This document shows, in pieces, positions 9,385-18,661 of a DNA stretch of 64,000 nt. Numbering within the stretch: the first letter of the stretch is position 1; every line of letters starts with the position of its first letter. This stretch comes from an uncultured Sangeribacter sp. (lineage in GTDB: Bacteria > Bacteroidota > Bacteroidia > Bacteroidales > Muribaculaceae). The notes under the pieces were generated by a model that saw only the letters and a program-made list of their open reading frames with translations, did not search any database and had not been told where the DNA came from. Location of the stretch: contig CAZGEX010000007.1 of assembly GCA_964524385.1 (NCBI GenBank), positions 14,487 through 78,486 on the forward strand, read 5' to 3'. A program made the translations under genes and the position numbers.

Positions 9385-10713
9385 TTATTTTAAGTTTTTT
9401 ATTCCAAATGCATCTTTCACCTTATCTACATAATCCAATTTCTCCCAAGCGAAAAGCTCTACCTCTATTGTTTTATCTGCCTCGTAACGGGAGCGGAATG
9501 TTTTAGTTATCACTTTCGGGGTTCGTCCCATATGTCCGTAAGCGGCAGTTTCTCTGTAGATTGGAGTCCTTAGATTGAAACGTCGTTCTATTGCAAACGG
9601 ACGCATATCGAAAATTTTACTTACTTTTTGAGCTATTTCTGCATCTGTCATATTTACTTTTGCTTTGCCATAAGTATTTACGCATAGGCTGACCGGCTCT
9701 GCCACACCAATCGCGTATGCAACTTGCACAAGCACTTCATCGGCAACACCCGCTGCCACAAGATTTTTCGCCACGTGACGTGCCGCGTAGGCTGCAGAAC
9801 GGTCCACTTTAGATGGGTCTTTGCCGGAAAATGCTCCACCTCCATGGGCTCCACGACCACCGTATGTATCCACTATAATTTTTCTTCCTGTCAATCCTGT
9901 ATCTCCATGAGGACCACCTATCACAAATTTACCGGTCGGATTTACATGTAATATCAGTTTGTCATCAAATAAGGATTTGATTTTTTTCGGCATCTTTGCT
10001 ATTACTCTTGGTAATAGTACTTTCTGAACATCTTCTCTGATTTTGTTCAACATTGCTTCATCTGCCGCTAATTGTGCTTCTCTACTATCGCCAATCGGAG
10101 CTACAAACTCATCATGCTGCGTAGAAACGACAATTGTATGAATTCTTTGAGGCACACCGTTTTCTGAATATTCCACTGTAACTTGGCTTTTGGAATCCGG
10201 GCGAAGATATGTAGCCAATTTGCCTTTACGTTCATACACCATTTCTTTTCCTTCTCTACGTATCGCAGCCAATTCTTTTAATAACACGTGCGACAATTCA
10301 AGTGTCAACGGCATATAATTTTCAGTCTCGGCTGTGGCATAACCAAACATCATACCTTGGTCGCCTGCACCTTGCAACTCTGCAGACTCACGTTCTACCC
10401 CACGATTAATATCATCGCTTTGTTCATGAACAGCTGAAAGCACACCGCAAGCATCGCCATCAAACATATAAGCACCTCTGTTATAGCCTATTTTATTGAT
10501 AACGTCCCTTGCCACTGTCTGCAAATCTACATAAGAATTGCTTTTCACTTCGCCTGCAATTACCACTTGTCCTGTGGTACACAGCGTTTCAATTGCCACT
10601 TTTGATTGCGGATCGTGTGCAAGAAATTCATCAAGCAACGCATCGCTGATTTGGTCGGCCACTTTATCCGGATGTCCTTCCGATACCGACTCTGATGTAA
10701 ACAAATAATTCAT
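9385..10713 (-). CDS. metK: S-adenosylmethionine synthetase
   Basis: [18 protein letters not shown] start and GGGAFSGKD motif. I place the start at the internal ATG 10713, which matches the canonical MetK N-terminus, not the ORF-track start at 10749. Confidence 0.95.
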   Translation of the reverse strand: MNYLFTSESVSEGHPDKVADQISDALLDEFLAHDPQSKVAIETLCTTGQVVIAGEVKSNSYVDLQTVARDVINKIGYNRGAYMFDGDACGVLSAVHEQSDDINRGVERESAELQGAGDQGMMFGYATAETENYMPLTLELSHVLLKELAAIRREGKEMVYERKGKLATYLRPDSKSQVTVEYSENGVPQRIHTIVVSTQHDEFVAPIGDSREAQLAADEAMLNKIREDVQKVLLPRVIAKMPKKIKSLFDDKLILHVNPTGKFVIGGPHGDTGLTGRKIIVDTYGGRGAHGGGAFSGKDPSKVDRSAAYAARHVAKNLVAAGVADEVLVQVAYAIGVAEPVSLCVNTYGKAKVNMTDAEIAQKVSKIFDMRPFAIERRFNLRTPIYRETAAYGHMGRTPKVITKTFRSRYEADKTIEVELFAWEKLDYVDKVKDAFGIKNLK

Positions 10714-10985
10714 CGTATATCTATAATTTATTTTACACAAAAAAAGCATTATCCTATAGCGGACAATGCCAAAACTCTATAATTTCATCCTAATAGGATA
10801 AAATTTTTATTGAGCAGTTTTAGCATTTTTTTCAGTGGTTGCAAGCAGCCAAATTTTTCCACTTCGTATATCCCTTCGGAAATTTGTTGCAAAGGTAGTA
10901 TTTTTTTTGCATTTAAACTCATTATTGGCATTATTTAACATTTACACCTATCTTTTTTATTCTCATTTTTATTATCTTTGCATTG

Positions 10986-11729
10986 ATGAAAGAAAAATTG
11001 AGAGGGATTGTCCTTGGCACCGTCAAACATTCCGACAAAAATAATATCGTAACAATTTATACTGCCGAATACGGACGAATGGCTTTCATTTCCAAATGTG
11101 GCAGTGGCACAAAAAGACATTCTCAAAATGCTCTTTTGATGCCGTTGTCTATTATTGAAATCAATACCTCTATTCACAAGAACAAAGACTTGCAACTGCT
11201 CGGACAGATCACACCATTGGCTGTCTATCGCGACATCTATTTCAATCCGATTAAAAATTGTATAGGCATATTTATTGCTGATTTCTTAAATCGAGTACTA
11301 AGAGACACTCCTCCGGACTCATTAATGTGGAAATATATAGCCGATTCATTATTATATTTCGATTTCACAAAAACAGGAATAGCCAATTTTCATATCGCTT
11401 TCATTTTCAGTCTTAGTTCATTCTTAGGCATACAACCCGACACTACCGGCTGGCAAGAAGGTTCCATATTTGATATGCAAGCCGGGAGATACACCACGTT
11501 ATCGCCTGTCCATTCCAACACAATCTGCGGAGAAGAAGCGAAAATGCTGTTAAAACTAAGTCGGATGAACTATGCAAATTCACATCTATTCAGATTTAAT
11601 CAAGAGATTCGCAATCGTATAATTGATCACATCTTACATTATTACGAACTACACATCCCCGGAGTAGCCGGTATGAAATCTACAGAAATTCTTCGCTCTC
11701 TATTTGATTTATCAACTCAAAACATCTAA
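10986..11729 (+). CDS. recO: DNA repair protein RecO
   Basis: About 247 aa. The N-terminal OB-fold region KLRGIVLGTVKHSDKNNIVTIYT is typical of Bacteroidetes RecO. The ORF-track start at 10983 is TTG; the ATG is at 10986. Confidence 0.85.
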   Translation: MKEKLRGIVLGTVKHSDKNNIVTIYTAEYGRMAFISKCGSGTKRHSQNALLMPLSIIEINTSIHKNKDLQLLGQITPLAVYRDIYFNPIKNCIGIFIADFLNRVLRDTPPDSLMWKYIADSLLYFDFTKTGIANFHIAFIFSLSSFLGIQPDTTGWQEGSIFDMQAGRYTTLSPVHSNTICGEEAKMLLKLSRMNYANSHLFRFNQEIRNRIIDHILHYYELHIPGVAGMKSTEILRSLFDLSTQNI

Positions 11730-11922
11730 ATCAGATACATAATTTATTTAAGCGAAATCACAAAAAACTTTAAATTCTGATTAAAATTTGGCAATTCAAT
11801 ATTTTTGAAGTAATTTTGTGGCGTAAAACATATTATGAAGGCGATAATCGCCCAAAAAGGGTCTTTCGAGGAGAAAAGATTCTTTTATTTTTTATTAATT
11901 TTAGAAAACACAATTATAAGTA

Positions 11923-12387
11923 ATGGCAACGTACCTAACACAAGAAGGTTACAACAAAAAGATGGAAGAATTGGCTGAATTGGAGGCACAGCGTCCTGCA
12001 ATTAAACTTGCCATAGCAGAAGCACGCGACAAAGGAGACTTGTCGGAAAATGCTGAATACGATGCAGCAAAAGAGGCACAAGGTATGCTCGAAATGAAAA
12101 TTGCTAAAATAAAAGAATTGATTGCTTCAGCACGTATCATTGACGACAGCAAGCTTAACACTGACGAAGTGCAATTACTAAATAAAGTCACTATCAAGAA
12201 CGTAGCTAACGGAATGACAATGAGCTACACCATAGTAACTGAAAACGAAGCAAATCTTCGCGAGCAAAAGATTGCTTCCAACACTCCTATTGCACAAGGT
12301 CTTTTAGGACACAAAGTCGGCGATATTGTCCAAGTAAAAGTCCCTGCAGGCACAATTAATTTTGAAATTCTTAAAATCGAAATTTAA
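11923..12387 (+). CDS. greA: Transcription elongation factor GreA
   Basis: 154 aa. Coiled-coil with DLSENAEYDAAKE and a C-terminal FKBP-like domain. Confidence 0.95.
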   Translation: MATYLTQEGYNKKMEELAELEAQRPAIKLAIAEARDKGDLSENAEYDAAKEAQGMLEMKIAKIKELIASARIIDDSKLNTDEVQLLNKVTIKNVANGMTMSYTIVTENEANLREQKIASNTPIAQGLLGHKVGDIVQVKVPAGTINFEILKIEI

Positions 12388-12399
12388 AACAATCTTATT

Positions 12400-12792
12400 A
12401 TGACTATTTTCAGCAAAATCATCAACGGCGAAATCCCATGCTACAAGATAGCTGAGAATGACAAATTTTTCGCTTTTCTTGACATCAACCCTGTCAATTG
12501 GGGACATACATTAGTTGTACCGAAACGCGAAGAGGACTATATTTTCGACCTCGAAGACGATGAATTGGCAGAAATGATGGTCTTTGCCAAACGTGTAGCA
12601 AAAGCTTTGAAAACCGCTATTCCTTGCAAAAAAATAGGCGTTACCGTTTTGGGTTTGGAAGTTCCCCATGCTCACATTCATCTTGTACCCTTGAAAGCTG
12701 AAGGGGATATGGATTTCAAGAACAAAATTTCTGACCCTGATTCGGAAAAGATGAAGCAAATAGCTTCTGCTGTCAGCGAATGTTTCGCCTGA
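12400..12792 (+). CDS. HIT (histidine triad) family protein
   Basis: 130 aa. HAHIHLVP histidine triad and FLDINPVNWGHTLVVPK. Confidence 0.9.
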   Translation: MTIFSKIINGEIPCYKIAENDKFFAFLDINPVNWGHTLVVPKREEDYIFDLEDDELAEMMVFAKRVAKALKTAIPCKKIGVTVLGLEVPHAHIHLVPLKAEGDMDFKNKISDPDSEKMKQIASAVSECFA

Positions 12793-12877
12793 AACAAGTA
12801 AATAGTAATTAATATCAATCTTGTCCGAATCTGTTTTCCTACGGAGACCGATTCGGATTTTTATCTTTATAAAACCA

Positions 12878-14056
12878 ATGGAAAACTTCATTTATTATTC
12901 TCCTACAGAATTTGTATTCGGCAAAAACACTCAATCTGAAACCGGCAAACTTGTCGCAAAATATGGTGGCAAACGAGTTTTAATTGTATATGGTGGAGGT
13001 TCGGTGGTCAAAAGCGGGCTACTTTCGACTGTCATTTCCTCGCTTGAGGAACAAAACATCTCATTTGTAGAGCTAAAAGGCATTAAGCCAAACCCAACAG
13101 ACGATCGCGTCTATGAAGGTATTGAATTAGCACGAAAGGAAAATGTCGATTTCATTTTGGCTGTCGGGGGTGGCTCGGTAATCGACACTGCTAAAGGGAT
13201 AGCTATCGGCACAGTCTATAACGGCGATTTTTGGGATTTCTATTCAAAAAAAGCCGTACCTCAAAAGTCATTACCAATAGGAGTTGTTCTTACTATTCCT
13301 GCAGCCGGCAGCGAAGGTAGTGGCAATTCAGTCATTACGAAAAAGGATGGACTTCACAAAATCAGTGTCCGCTACCCTATGATTTTACGCCCTCGCTTCG
13401 CAGTAATGAATCCGGAACTCACCTACACTTTACCATGGTTCCAAACTGCTTGTGGCATAGTAGATATGATTTGCCATATCCAAGAACGCTATTTTTCAAA
13501 CACCAAAGGAGCAAATTTGACCGATTCTATTGCTGAAACAATAATGCGTAATGTGATACAAAATGCTCGAATATTGAAAGATAATCCTAACGACTACGAT
13601 GCACGTGCAAATGTGATGTGGGCAGGCACACTCGCTCACAATGGTTTGTGTGGCAACGGCAAAGAAGAGGATTGGTCGTCTCACCGACTTGAACACGAAT
13701 TATCAGCCATCTACGACGTGGCTCATGGTGCAGGTCTTGCCGTTATGGTTCCGGCATGGATGAAATTCGTGGCTGCAAAAAATCCATGGAAGGTAAAAGA
13801 ATTCGCGACCAACATAATGGGAATTAGCACAGAAGGAAAAACCGATGAGCAAATCATAGCTGAAGGCATTGAAGCTCTCAAATCGTTCTATCACGAACTC
13901 GGTTTGACAACTTCTATCCGTGAGCTTACCGGAGTAGCCGAACCCGACATCGAAGCTTTAGTGAAATCTCTTAACGGAAATATGGGCGACACACTCGGTT
14001 TTTATGTGCCTTTAAGCATGGACGATTGTGCCGAAATCTATCGTTCAGCCCTCTAA
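12878..14056 (+). CDS. Iron-containing (group III) alcohol dehydrogenase, butanol-dehydrogenase-like
   Basis: GGGSVIDTAKG NAD motif and HGAGLA metal-site region. ATG at 12878 (MENFIYYSPTEFVFG) is preferred over the TTG at 12821. Confidence 0.9.
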   Translation: MENFIYYSPTEFVFGKNTQSETGKLVAKYGGKRVLIVYGGGSVVKSGLLSTVISSLEEQNISFVELKGIKPNPTDDRVYEGIELARKENVDFILAVGGGSVIDTAKGIAIGTVYNGDFWDFYSKKAVPQKSLPIGVVLTIPAAGSEGSGNSVITKKDGLHKISVRYPMILRPRFAVMNPELTYTLPWFQTACGIVDMICHIQERYFSNTKGANLTDSIAETIMRNVIQNARILKDNPNDYDARANVMWAGTLAHNGLCGNGKEEDWSSHRLEHELSAIYDVAHGAGLAVMVPAWMKFVAAKNPWKVKEFATNIMGISTEGKTDEQIIAEGIEALKSFYHELGLTTSIRELTGVAEPDIEALVKSLNGNMGDTLGFYVPLSMDDCAEIYRSAL

Positions 14057-14080
14057 CACCACTATTCTCAAATATAATAG

Positions 14081-14110
14081 AGCGGAGTATAGTTAACACT
14101 ATATTCTGCT
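14081..14110 (+). terminator. Hairpin downstream of the alcohol dehydrogenase gene
   Basis: agcggagtatagt/actatattctgct 13-bp stem with two G-U pairs, so it forms only in plus-strand RNA, and a TAAC loop. It starts 25 nt after the stop. The following T-tract is weak (ctcttt). Confidence 0.5.
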
Positions 14111-14328
14111 CTTTAAATTAATACACATAATTGTTTGGTTATAAATTTAGTTTTTGCTACCTTTGTCGGCGGATCGGAGTAATTCCGTCCGCAATTTTTT
14201 TGATTTATCGAAGCGTTATGTCTTCTTGTATGTGAAAAACGTAGGAAACTTAATCGCAATGAGTACAAGAGACGGCTTAACTGTTTTCACACATATCGGC
14301 GTGGGGACTGTTATTTCCACATCTGTAC
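14081..14328 (+). repeat. Direct repeat A, copy 1 (248 bp), left flank of AAA ATPase gene 1
   Basis: Hand alignment to 15855-16106 gives 9 substitutions plus two indels (1 and 3 nt). Contains the hairpin above, a TACCTTTG -7 box (14158-14165) and a second hairpin plus T7 run (14169-14201). Confidence 0.9.
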
Positions 14329-14497
14329 ATAGTAGTTTTCTTCGCATGATGGATTCTCCGCAATATTATCTGACTACAGCTTTCTTAAAAGCTCTCTCAA
14401 ACCCAACCTCAGCTCTTAGTATTACCGCATTAACATATTTTAAGATAGTTATGGGAATAAACTGGCATAAAAACTTGCCAATATGGGAATGAATCGA

Positions 14498-14505
14498 TAA
14501 CTTTG
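14498..14505 (+). promoter_or_regulatory. Candidate -7 promoter box (TAACTTTG) for AAA ATPase gene 1
   Basis: Exact TAnnTTTG match 44 nt upstream of the ATG at 14549. Confidence 0.4.
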
Positions 14506-14548
14506 CACCTGTAACAATATAATTGCAACTCACAAAAGCTCTTTCATT

Positions 14549-15820
14549 ATGACAATAGAACAATTCGTTCGCATAGTAGCAGAACAAAAGGAAGAACTGT
14601 TCAGTGAAGATTATTCACGCTTTTGTTCTCGTCCTGAGGAAATGCAACTTTCACTCACAAGTAATCTTGCACAAGTAGTGATAGGTGTTCGTCGATGTGG
14701 GAAATCCACTCTTTGCACAAAATTTCTTATGGATAAGAAACTGAAATGCGGATATGTAAGCCTTGATGATGAACGACTTGCAGAGGTCTCCGCAGAAAAT
14801 CTAAACAATCTTCTTGAGGCAATGTATATTGTGTACGGGACAGATATCGAGTACCTCTTTTTTGACGAGATACAAAATGCACAAGCATGGCCTTTGTTTG
14901 TCAACAGACTACTTCGCCAAAAGAAACATATATTTGTAACAGGGAGCAATAGCAAGCTTTTATCAAATGAGCTAATGACTCACCTTACAGGTCGCCACAA
15001 TGCAATTTCACTATATCCCTTTTCATATAGTGAATTTTGTAATATTAAAGGTATTGATATGAATGGCGTAACCACCAAGGCAGAAGCAAGGCGAATAGAG
15101 TATTTACATAAATACCTTAATCAAGGAGGTATGCCGGAGCTTATGAACGAACAAAACAAGAGAAAATACATATCATCTCTTTTGAATACAATAGTGCGTA
15201 ATGATATTGCCAAACGCTTTAAGATTCAGAATGTAGACGCACTACATAAAATAGCAACCTACCTTGTAGATAATTATGGTCAAGAGTTTGTTGCAAAAAA
15301 AATAGGTGAATTATTTGACATCAGCCACAAAACAGCCGCCAACTATTTTCGCTATCTTAAAGAAGCATTTTTATTAATAGGTGTCCCTAAATTTTCTTTC
15401 AAGGCACAAGAACGTATAAGAAATGAGAAATGCTATGTTGTAGACCTTGCTTTTCCTCAAGAACATGACAATTGCTTTTCACTTGAGAATCTTGGCTGGA
15501 AATTGGAAAATGTAGTTTGCGTCGAATTGTTGAGACGTTATAAGAACCGGCAAGCAGATGTTTTCTACTATAAAGAAAAAACTTTTGAGTGTGATTTCGT
15601 TATCGCTGACGGTTCTCGAGTTCTTGAACTCATACAAGTCAGCTATGACATATCGTCACCCAAAACTCGCAAACGCGAAATAAACGGACTTCTTCGTGCC
15701 GCTAAAGCACTGCACTGCAACAATCTGACTCTTATAACATTCTCATCCTCCAAAGAAATAGAGGAAGCCGGATTTAGAATTAAGGTGAGTGGAGCTTCAG
15801 ATTGGCTGAAAAATAATTAG
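14549..15820 (+). CDS. AAA+ ATPase with DUF4143-type C-terminal wHTH / restriction-endonuclease-like region
   Basis: 423 aa. Walker A GVRRCGKST and Walker B LFFDEIQ. The C-terminal ENVVCVELL...ECDFVI...ELIQVSY matches the layout of the AAA_14/DUF4143 orphan ATPase family. Confidence 0.8.
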   Translation: MTIEQFVRIVAEQKEELFSEDYSRFCSRPEEMQLSLTSNLAQVVIGVRRCGKSTLCTKFLMDKKLKCGYVSLDDERLAEVSAENLNNLLEAMYIVYGTDIEYLFFDEIQNAQAWPLFVNRLLRQKKHIFVTGSNSKLLSNELMTHLTGRHNAISLYPFSYSEFCNIKGIDMNGVTTKAEARRIEYLHKYLNQGGMPELMNEQNKRKYISSLLNTIVRNDIAKRFKIQNVDALHKIATYLVDNYGQEFVAKKIGELFDISHKTAANYFRYLKEAFLLIGVPKFSFKAQERIRNEKCYVVDLAFPQEHDNCFSLENLGWKLENVVCVELLRRYKNRQADVFYYKEKTFECDFVIADGSRVLELIQVSYDISSPKTRKREINGLLRAAKALHCNNLTLITFSSSKEIEEAGFRIKVSGASDWLKNN

Positions 15821-15854
15821 CAAACAGAGAAGAATTTAATTTTAACAATTTATT

Positions 15855-16106
15855 AGCGGAGTATAGTTAACACTATATTCTGCTCTTTAAATTAATACAC
15901 GTTATTGTTTGGTTATAAATTTAGTTTTTGCTACCTTTGTCGGCGGATCGGAGTAATTCAGTCCGCAGATTTATTTGATTTATAGAAGCGTTATGTCTTC
16001 TTCTTGTATGTGAAAAGCGTAGGAAACTTAATCACAATGAGTACGAGAGACGGCTTAACTGTTTTCACGCATATCGGCGTGGGGACTGTTATTTCCACAT
16101 CTGTAC
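15855..16106 (+). repeat. Direct repeat A, copy 2 (252 bp), right flank of AAA ATPase gene 1
   Basis: See copy 1. In this copy the second hairpin is weakened (attcagtcc) and the T-run is interrupted (gatttatttg). Confidence 0.9.
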
Positions 16107-16214
16107 TCAAAGGTATTCCTACCACCTTCACATTAAGACGTGGCATTCAGCTCCACGCTTCTGTTTTTGTAATTTAAATTCCTTTCGGGAGTTGGTGGAA
16201 TTTCAAAATCAATT

Positions 16215-16766
16215 ATGAAAAGATTATTACTGTTTTTATCAGTGCTTGCCATTGCAATTTCATTGCACGCACAAAATGATGTAACAAAATTCATGGGAAT
16301 TCCGGTAGATGGAACTAAACAAGAAATGATACGCAAACTCAAAGCTAAAGGATTCACTCCGGCTGAATCATACGAAGGAGGAGATTTAAAAGGAGAATTT
16401 AATGGTAAAAATGTAACATTAACTTTGCAAACCGTAAACGATAAAGTATGGAGGGTTATTGTGTTATATCTTATGACTGATAACGAATCAACAATTATCT
16501 CCACATTCAACAATTTAATCTATCAATTTGAAAACAACAGCAACTATTTAGCCGAAGATAATGAAGAAATACCTTCAAACGAAGATATTTCTTACGAAAT
16601 TTCTGTAAGAAACAAACGTTATCAAGCATCTTTCTATCAATTAGGCACAACGGACTTATTCAATAGCCTTGTTTGGTTTACAATAGGTGATGGTATATAT
16701 GATAGATTTTGTCTTGTCATTTATTATGAAAACGGATTCAATGCAGCTAACGGACAAGATTTGTAG
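16215..16766 (+). CDS. Hypothetical secreted protein
   Basis: 183 aa. Signal peptide MKRLLLFLSVLAIAISLHAQ. No recognisable domain. Its last ~57 nt are duplicated at 18509-18573. Confidence 0.6.
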   Translation: MKRLLLFLSVLAIAISLHAQNDVTKFMGIPVDGTKQEMIRKLKAKGFTPAESYEGGDLKGEFNGKNVTLTLQTVNDKVWRVIVLYLMTDNESTIISTFNNLIYQFENNSNYLAEDNEEIPSNEDISYEISVRNKRYQASFYQLGTTDLFNSLVWFTIGDGIYDRFCLVIYYENGFNAANGQDL

Positions 16767-16773
16767 CATCAAT
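16709..16773 (+). repeat. Direct repeat B, copy 1 (65 bp; 3' end and stop of the secreted-protein gene)
   Basis: 62/65 identical to 18509-18573 by hand alignment. A few more nt on the left may align if one indel is allowed. Confidence 0.85.
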
Positions 16774-16797
16774 TCTCGACAATAACAATAAACGTAG

Positions 16798-16824
16798 GAG
16801 GGTGTCTCAAAACGAGGCATCCTC
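16798..16824 (+). terminator. Terminator hairpin of the secreted-protein gene (member of a repeated hairpin family)
   Basis: gagggtgtctc/gaggcatcctc 11-bp stem with two G-U pairs, so it is plus-strand specific. The same two arms recur inverted at 57898-57927. Confidence 0.6.
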
Positions 16825-16866
16825 TTGTAGTTATTGTAAGCACATAAAAAGGGGAGAATTTATAAA

Positions 16867-18282
16867 TTATACGAACAAATCATCTAACGTGACCTCGCTT
16901 TGGACGATGCCTGAGTGAGAGTTCTGTCGCACACCATATATTGTTACCATCGTCAAGAGAACAGCTTTACGTGTTTTTGTCGCGTCGATGAATGTAGCTT
17001 TCTTATTGCGAAGGCTCTTTTCATAATCTGCATCTATAGCATACTCAGATAAAGAGTATTTCATTTCGCACAAATTAATTACTTGATCATTGCGATCAAT
17101 AAGCATATCAATCTGCACTCCGCTACTATATTCGTCAGCTTCTTTCCTCCATGAATAGACATTGCTTAAAACGCCGGCAATGCCTAATCCGACTTTGATT
17201 TGTTGCGTATGAGCCATACACAAACGCTCGAATGCCAATCCACTCCATGCACGATGCATGGATGAATCGATAGATACCGACCAGAAATGCTCATCGTTAT
17301 TATGGTTTTGCTGAATAAACTTAAAGTAGAAAAGCGTATAGTTATCGATTAGCTGATATATTGCCTGCTTGCTTTTCTTGCCATACCCATTATATTTACG
17401 CACGAAACCACAATACTCCAATTCGTCAAGCACCTTGCTCAATGCACCATTGCTTTGCTGATTGGTTGCAGTCATAATCTCTTCACGCGTCATACCTGCC
17501 TTTTTCTTGCCTAATGCTGTTACAATATTTATATATTGTCCCGGTGATCTGAATAACGAGGCATAAAGTTGATTAAACTCGTTTGATAGTTTGCCATTTC
17601 TTGAAAAGAATATTTTGTCGATGTTTTGAGCAAGGCTCAATCCTTTTTCCAACAAGCTCCAATAAAATGGGATGCCTCCAAGCACCATATAGCACTCTGC
17701 TATCTGATAACGACTCATTTCAAGACCTTTGCTTTGTGCAAACATTTCACACTCTCGCAATGTAAATGGTTGCAAAGCAATCTGCCGGGTAACTCGATTG
17801 TGCAAACCTCCATGGTCGTTAATCACTTTATTGATAATCCATGATGTGGCTGAGCCACAAATTATCAATACGATATCCTTGCGAGCTGAAGCCCAACCAT
17901 TCCAAAAATGTTCAAAAGCAGATATGAAGTTGGAGCGAGATGTATCCATCCAAGGCAATTCATCAAGAAATACAACCTTCTTCTCATCAGTTGAGTTTCT
18001 TAAGAAAACAGAAAGCATACTAAATGCTTCTAACCACGATTTCGGTACAGGACAATCATCATAACCGGCATCTCGCAAAGAAACAGCAAAGCTAAAAAGT
18101 TGTTCTTTGGTGTTTCCTTTAGCCAAACCTGTATGCTGGAAAGTAAACTTATAGCCAAACGTTTCGCGAATAAGATATGTCTTACCAATGCGTCTGCGAC
18201 CATAGACAGCAATAAATTCTGAATACTCTGACTGCACTGCTGAAAGCAATATATTCTGCTCCTCTTTTCTTCCGATTATCAT
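16867..18282 (-). CDS. AAA+ ATPase, archaeal-ATPase/DUF234 type, with C-terminal PD-(D/E)xK-like motif
   Basis: Walker A GRRRIGKT and Walker B VVFLDELPW. C-terminal QIDMLID...INLCEMKYS (D...E-x-K). Start placed at ATG 18282 (MIIGRKEEQ) rather than 18378. Confidence 0.8.
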   Translation of the reverse strand: MIIGRKEEQNILLSAVQSEYSEFIAVYGRRRIGKTYLIRETFGYKFTFQHTGLAKGNTKEQLFSFAVSLRDAGYDDCPVPKSWLEAFSMLSVFLRNSTDEKKVVFLDELPWMDTSRSNFISAFEHFWNGWASARKDIVLIICGSATSWIINKVINDHGGLHNRVTRQIALQPFTLRECEMFAQSKGLEMSRYQIAECYMVLGGIPFYWSLLEKGLSLAQNIDKIFFSRNGKLSNEFNQLYASLFRSPGQYINIVTALGKKKAGMTREEIMTATNQQSNGALSKVLDELEYCGFVRKYNGYGKKSKQAIYQLIDNYTLFYFKFIQQNHNNDEHFWSVSIDSSMHRAWSGLAFERLCMAHTQQIKVGLGIAGVLSNVYSWRKEADEYSSGVQIDMLIDRNDQVINLCEMKYSLSEYAIDADYEKSLRNKKATFIDATKTRKAVLLTMVTIYGVRQNSHSGIVQSEVTLDDLFV

Positions 18283-18508
18283 GTTGTTGATGTTTTGTAT
18301 AGTGCAAATATAATAAGAAAAACTCGTATAATCTGCCAAATCGTATAAAAAACATGAGATTTGGCAAACTATACGCATTTACCGAACTGATTTTGGAGCA
18401 AAATTGACTATTGCGACAACTTTTGAGAAAAAAATTTTCCTGTTATTATTTTGGCTATACTTTCAATTATATTGTTATCCGGTAAAAATTAATGAGTTGG
18501 TAATAGTA

Positions 18509-18573
18509 TTGTCTTGTCATTTATTATGAAAACGGATTTAATGCAGCTAACAGACAGGATTTGTAGCATCAAT
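18509..18573 (+). repeat. Direct repeat B, copy 2 (orphan copy of the 3' end of gene 16215-16766)
   Basis: Encodes ...LVIYYENGFNAANRQDL-stop in frame, with no upstream gene body. It is followed by its own hairpin, ggacagcc...ggctgccc. Confidence 0.85.
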
Positions 18574-18661
18574 CTTTATAACGATAATAAAATAGGACAG
18601 CCTAAGAGAATCGGCTGCCCTATTTTCATCGCTGAAATATTCAGTTTTAATTATTTCTATC

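Noticed and set aside
10714-10985. Possible SAM riboswitch or leader upstream of metK
   Set aside because: I could not find any of the conserved SAM-I, SAM-II or SAM-SAH cores or a convincing multi-stem fold by eye. The region is the divergent metK/recO promoter spacer. It would need an Infernal scan to revisit.
14230-14328. Weak resemblance of agagacggcttaactgttttcac to the 3' end of bacterial RNase P RNA (acagaacccggcttatcggtcagtttcac)
   Set aside because: The segment is far too short, lacks the universally conserved GAGGAAAGTCCGGGC P4 element, and is present twice. An essential RNase P RNA gene would not look like this.
14154-14492. 112-aa ORF covering most of direct repeat A, copy 1
   Set aside because: It starts at TTG inside the -7 box region and has no recognisable domain. 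The equivalent frame is not maintained in copy 2, where the 1-nt and 3-nt indels shift or alter it. It is more likely non-coding leader sequence.
16133-16513. 126-aa minus-strand ORF overlapping the start of the secreted-protein gene
   Set aside because: It is antisense to an ORF with a clear signal peptide. It has no motif and extends into the region just after repeat A.
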